Source of the DNA: Peptococcaceae bacterium
Lineage (GTDB): Bacteria; Bacillota; UBA994
Length of the DNA: 64,000 bases
Reading direction: 5' to 3'
NCBI GenBank assembly: GCA_018334055.1
Contig: JAGXSS010000052.1
Span: forward strand, 7,612-71,611
The number at the start of each line of letters is the position of its first letter. Positions within the stretch are counted from its first letter, which is position 1. Made by a program: the position numbers and the translations under genes. Of this stretch, positions 60,789 to 64,000 are shown one piece after another. The notes under the pieces are model-generated. The model saw only the letters and a list, made by a program, of their open reading frames with translations, was not told the origin of the DNA and did not search any database.

Positions 60789-62277
60789 TTTGACGTTCCT
60801 CCACGGCCCGCATAGCTTCTTCGCGGTCATCAAAGTGAATCGTCTGGTCATAAAAAATCTGATAGTTCTCATGCCCTTTGCCGGCCACAATTATGACGTC
60901 CCCTGCTTCGGCCATGGCGACAGCCCTTTTAATGGCTTGTTTGCGATCGGCTTCGACGATGGTCCTTTCTATGGCGGATGCCTCGGTTATTCCGGATAGG
61001 ACCCCCTCGATAATGTGCGCTGGGTTCTCGGAACGCGGATTATCTGAAGTAATAATGGACACATCAGCGAGGCGCGCGGCAATCTCTCCCATAATAGGGC
61101 GCTTGCCCTTGTCGCGGTCTCCCCCACAACCGAAGACGACGATGAGCCTGCCACGGGTAAAACTTCTCGCCGCCTTGAGGACGTTCAGAAGACCGTCAGG
61201 GGTATGGGCATAGTCTACAAAGACATCAAAGCCCTGCCCTGCTTGCACCTTTTCCATGCGGCCGGGAACACCTGGCATGTTGAGTCCTTCTGCAATGGCA
61301 CCAAGGCTGGCCCCCTCGGCAAGCGCCGCTCCTGCGGCCGCTAAGGCGTTGTAGATGCTGTGTCTGCCCGGGGTGCATATTTCTACCTCGCACGGTCCCA
61401 CCGGTGTTTCTAGCCGAAAGGATGCCCCCGACACACCGGAGCGGATATCTCTGGCCACAAAGTCAGCATCACGATCTATGGCGAAGGTCAATACAGCCCC
61501 ACCGGTCATGCCAACTAATCGCTGTCCATACTCATCATCTATGTTGATAATGGCGGTTTTGCCACTTTTTGAGGCATTTTTACCCAAACAAGTGAATAGG
61601 TGCGCCTTAGCCTGAAAATACGCCTCCATGGTGTGGTGTAGGTCGAGGTGATCTTGGGTCAAATTGAGAAAGACCGCCGTGTCAAATTCGACAGCATCCA
61701 CCCGGTCTAGCACCAAAGAATGAGAAGAGACCTCCATGACGGCGTGGGTCAGGGCATTTTCGGTCATGCGCGACAAGGCTCCGTATAGCAGTGGGGCATC
61801 TGGAGTGGTCAAGGTAGAGGATTCTATGCTCCGTCCGGTGTCAATGTGGACGGTGCCCATTAACCCTACTCTAAACCCCGCGGCGCGCAGTATGGACTGA
61901 ATGAGAAAAGCCGTCGTCGTCTTGCCGTTAGTGCCGGTAATGCCTATAACGCGCAGCCTCTGTGATGGCGACCCGTGATACACCGATAGCATATGGGCGA
62001 ACGCCGCCCTTGTGTTCCCTACGAGGGCATAGGCTATGCCAACGGGGAGGGGCACACGTTCTGTTGTCACCACCGCCACCGCACCACGGCGCAGGGCCTC
62101 GGCTATTAGCCCATGCCCGTCGACCCTTGCTCCCTTGATAGCCACAAAGACGAACCCTGGTTGCACAAGGTGAGCTATGTCGGTCACCCCAGAAATCTCG
62201 GCGTTGCCCCCTTGCGCCAGAAGAACCCATCCTGATAAAATATCCTTAAATTGCACCTTGTCCACTCCTTCACTCAC
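60781..62277 (-). CDS. murE: UDP-N-acetylmuramoyl-L-alanyl-D-glutamate--2,6-diaminopimelate ligase
   Basis: GITGTNGKTTT P-loop and the DNPR motif typical of DAP-adding MurE. Confidence 0.9.
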   Translation of the reverse strand: MSEGVDKVQFKDILSGWVLLAQGGNAEISGVTDIAHLVQPGFVFVAIKGARVDGHGLIAEALRRGAVAVVTTERVPLPVGIAYALVGNTRAAFAHMLSVYHGSPSQRLRVIGITGTNGKTTTAFLIQSILRAAGFRVGLMGTVHIDTGRSIESSTLTTPDAPLLYGALSRMTENALTHAVMEVSSHSLVLDRVDAVEFDTAVFLNLTQDHLDLHHTMEAYFQAKAHLFTCLGKNASKSGKTAIINIDDEYGQRLVGMTGGAVLTFAIDRDADFVARDIRSGVSGASFRLETPVGPCEVEICTPGRHSIYNALAAAGAALAEGASLGAIAEGLNMPGVPGRMEKVQAGQGFDVFVDYAHTPDGLLNVLKAARSFTRGRLIVVFGCGGDRDKGKRPIMGEIAARLADVSIITSDNPRSENPAHIIEGVLSGITEASAIERTIVEADRKQAIKRAVAMAEAGDVIIVAGKGHENYQIFYDQTIHFDDREEAMRAVEERQNV

Positions 62278-64000
62278 GGACGGAACACCACTCTTACTGC
62301 GGTAGCTACATCCACAAACTCACCGGGCAAAGGGTCCTGCGAAACGGCAAGGCCCGTTCCGGTGGCGATAATGCGCAGTCCGATGTTAGCGAGCTCTAGA
62401 CTGGCAACCCTCATCGCAAGCCCTCGCACATCGGGCACAGCGACCTTCCCCTCGATCGGACCTGGCTGCCCCAGCTCGACCATCACTGTAGTTCCCACAG
62501 AGACCATGGCCCCCGGCAGGGGTGTCTGCAGGACAACACGATTGCCGTTTTGCTCCATGCGTAAGTTTAACCCAAGGTCCCTTAGATGGGCAAGCGCTGC
62601 AGTGGTAGTCAATCCCCTTAGTTCCGGCACCGCAACCAGCGCCGGCCGTGCTAACCCTATAGCTTCACTCTTGGGCTCGACGTTTAAGTAACGCAAGATA
62701 TCCTCCATCATGGCCCGAAAAGTGGGAGCCGCTACTTGGCTGCCAAAATACCCGTACGGACCTTTTGGCTCCCTTACGATGACAAGGAGCACTATGGAAG
62801 GATCATCGGCGGGAGCCATCCCGATAAAGGAAGCAATGTACCGATCGGCATAATACCCTCCACCTGCCCTAGGCACCTGCGCGGTACCGGTCTTCCCCCC
62901 AATTCTCTGGCCTTCAATGAAAGCATTCCTCCCTGAACCAGAAACGACGGCTCCCTCCAGAAGGCTACGTACCCTCGCGGAGGTTTCGGCTGTTATAGCT
63001 TGCCCTAATGCCTCGGGAAGAAATGTTTCTACGATTCCACCTTGTTGGTCTCTCACTTCCTTGACAAGGCGCGGACGGAATAAGGTTCCACCATTGACTG
63101 CTGCGGATATGGCGGCCACTTGCTGTATCGCCGTTACCGCAGGCCCCTGGCCAAAACTCGTGGTGGCCAGCTCAACCGGTCCCATCCGTCTAAACATGAC
63201 GCCCCTCGCTTCTCCGGGGAGATCAATCCCGGTGCGACGCCCAAAACCAAATGCATCGATGTAACGCGAAAGCGTCTCTCTGCCAAGCTTTGTGCCGATA
63301 TTGACGAAACTAGGGTTGCAGGATTGCCAAAACACTTCCGCAAAGTTCAGATTGCCATGACCTCTCGCCCTCCAGCAGGCCAACCTCACCCCAGCGACGA
63401 GGGTATAGCCAGTGCAAGTGAACCTATCATTCTCGGTAACCAACCCCTCATTCAAAGCTGCCGCTGCCGTCACCACTTTAAAAGTGGACCCCGGCTCAAA
63501 GCTATCGGAGACCGAGGTATTGCGCCACAGCCTCTCAGGAAAACGCCTATAGTCGTTAGGATCAAAATCGGGCCGGTTAGCCATGCCCAGTATTTCTCCG
63601 GTTTTAGGGTTCATCGCCACTGCCAGGGCTTCTGACGCCTGGTGACGAGTCATGGCTACATCAAGTTCGCGCTCCAAAATGTGCTGCACCACTTCATCAA
63701 TGGTCAGCACTATGCTTTGCCCGTGTGTAGGCGGGGTATATTCGGGGCTCACTCTCGGCCAAGGAGTGTTCCTGCCATCTGCAGGGCTTCTTACCTCACC
63801 GGGCTTCCCCTGGAGGACGCGATCATAGGTTAACTCTATCCCCCCTAACCCCTGATTATCTACCCCGACGAAACCGAGAATATGACTGGCTAATCTACGA
63901 TTAGGGTAAGCGCGACTTGTTTCTATTTTAAAATCAATGCCCGGCAAATTGAGCGCACGCAATGCTTGCGCCTGCTCCGCGGGGATTTTCCTGGCTAAGT
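62274..64000 (-). CDS. class B penicillin-binding protein with two C-terminal PASTA domains (PBP2B/SpoVD family), N-terminally truncated by the window edge
   Basis: Transpeptidase motifs (STFK, SGN, KTGT) and two PASTA repeats at the C-terminus. The reading frame is open to position 64000. Confidence 0.85.
   Translation of the reverse strand, partial: LARKIPAEQAQALRALNLPGIDFKIETSRAYPNRRLASHILGFVGVDNQGLGGIELTYDRVLQGKPGEVRSPADGRNTPWPRVSPEYTPPTHGQSIVLTIDEVVQHILERELDVAMTRHQASEALAVAMNPKTGEILGMANRPDFDPNDYRRFPERLWRNTSVSDSFEPGSTFKVVTAAAALNEGLVTENDRFTCTGYTLVAGVRLACWRARGHGNLNFAEVFWQSCNPSFVNIGTKLGRETLSRYIDAFGFGRRTGIDLPGEARGVMFRRMGPVELATTSFGQGPAVTAIQQVAAISAAVNGGTLFRPRLVKEVRDQQGGIVETFLPEALGQAITAETSARVRSLLEGAVVSGSGRNAFIEGQRIGGKTGTAQVPRAGGGYYADRYIASFIGMAPADDPSIVLLVIVREPKGPYGYFGSQVAAPTFRAMMEDILRYLNVEPKSEAIGLARPALVAVPELRGLTTTAALAHLRDLGLNLRMEQNGNRVVLQTPLPGAMVSVGTTVMVELGQPGPIEGKVAVPDVRGLAMRVASLELANIGLRIIATGTGLAVSQDPLPGEFVDVATAVRVVFRP

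Noticed and set aside
60781-60890. 110-nt murE/murF overlap implied by the ORF-track start of murF at 60890
   Set aside because: The conserved MurF N-terminus begins later (MYNQSLAML or MLSRLVDGELLG). The start is therefore most likely at 60788 or 60767, giving a normal overlap of 8 nt or none.

Overview
This 64 kb window is a dense, almost entirely minus-strand block of conserved housekeeping, cell-division and sporulation genes from an endospore-forming Firmicute. GC is about 55-58%. The synteny matches the Bacillus/Clostridia ylq, ylx, ylb, ylo, ylm and dcw clusters. Gene order from low to high coordinate, with genes transcribed right to left, is: comM (partial), a small ORF, yraN, rnhB, rbgA, lepB, rplS, trmD, rimM, a KH-domain protein, rpsP, ffh, ylxM, ftsY, smc, spoVS, rnc, acpP, degV/fakB, plsX, rpmF, yceD, ackA, ylbJ (+), coaD, rsmD, an alpha/beta-type SASP, yloV, yloU, rpmB (+), rpe, rsgA, prkC, prpC, rlmN, rsmB, a Zn metallopeptidase, fmt, def, priA, rpoZ, remA, yicC, a P-type Ca-ATPase, rqcH (+), pyrR, rluD, lspA, a small membrane protein, an aspartate racemase, divIVA, yggT, sepF, ylmE, an orphan HlyD-like adaptor, an unknown Zn-ribbon protein coupled to nrdR, nrdR, ylmC, spoIIR, sigG, sigE, spoIIGA, ftsZ, ftsA, sbp, a DUF881 protein, ftsQ, murA, murG, ftsW, mraY, murF, murE and a PASTA-containing class B PBP (partial). 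There are no tRNA or rRNA genes, no CRISPR arrays and no obvious mobile elements. The most unusual things are (i) a roughly 240-340 bp GC-skewed composite repeat present in two copies in direct orientation on either side of ftsY, built from mutually inverted G-rich and C-rich subunits that could form long hairpins in the smc-ftsY-ylxM-ffh transcript, which lies just downstream of rnc; and (ii) a two-gene insertion where ylmD normally sits, consisting of an unknown 446 aa C-terminal Zn-ribbon protein whose start overlaps the nrdR stop, followed by an orphan membrane-fusion (HlyD-like) protein. Several sporulation promoters are recognisable from sequence: a sigma-G-type promoter at the SASP gene, a sigma-F-type promoter at sigG, and a spoIIG-type promoter with a long spacer. 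Start codons were refined by eye from ribosome-binding sites and are approximate to one candidate start. The supplied ORF track appears to show GTG and TTG starts as M.
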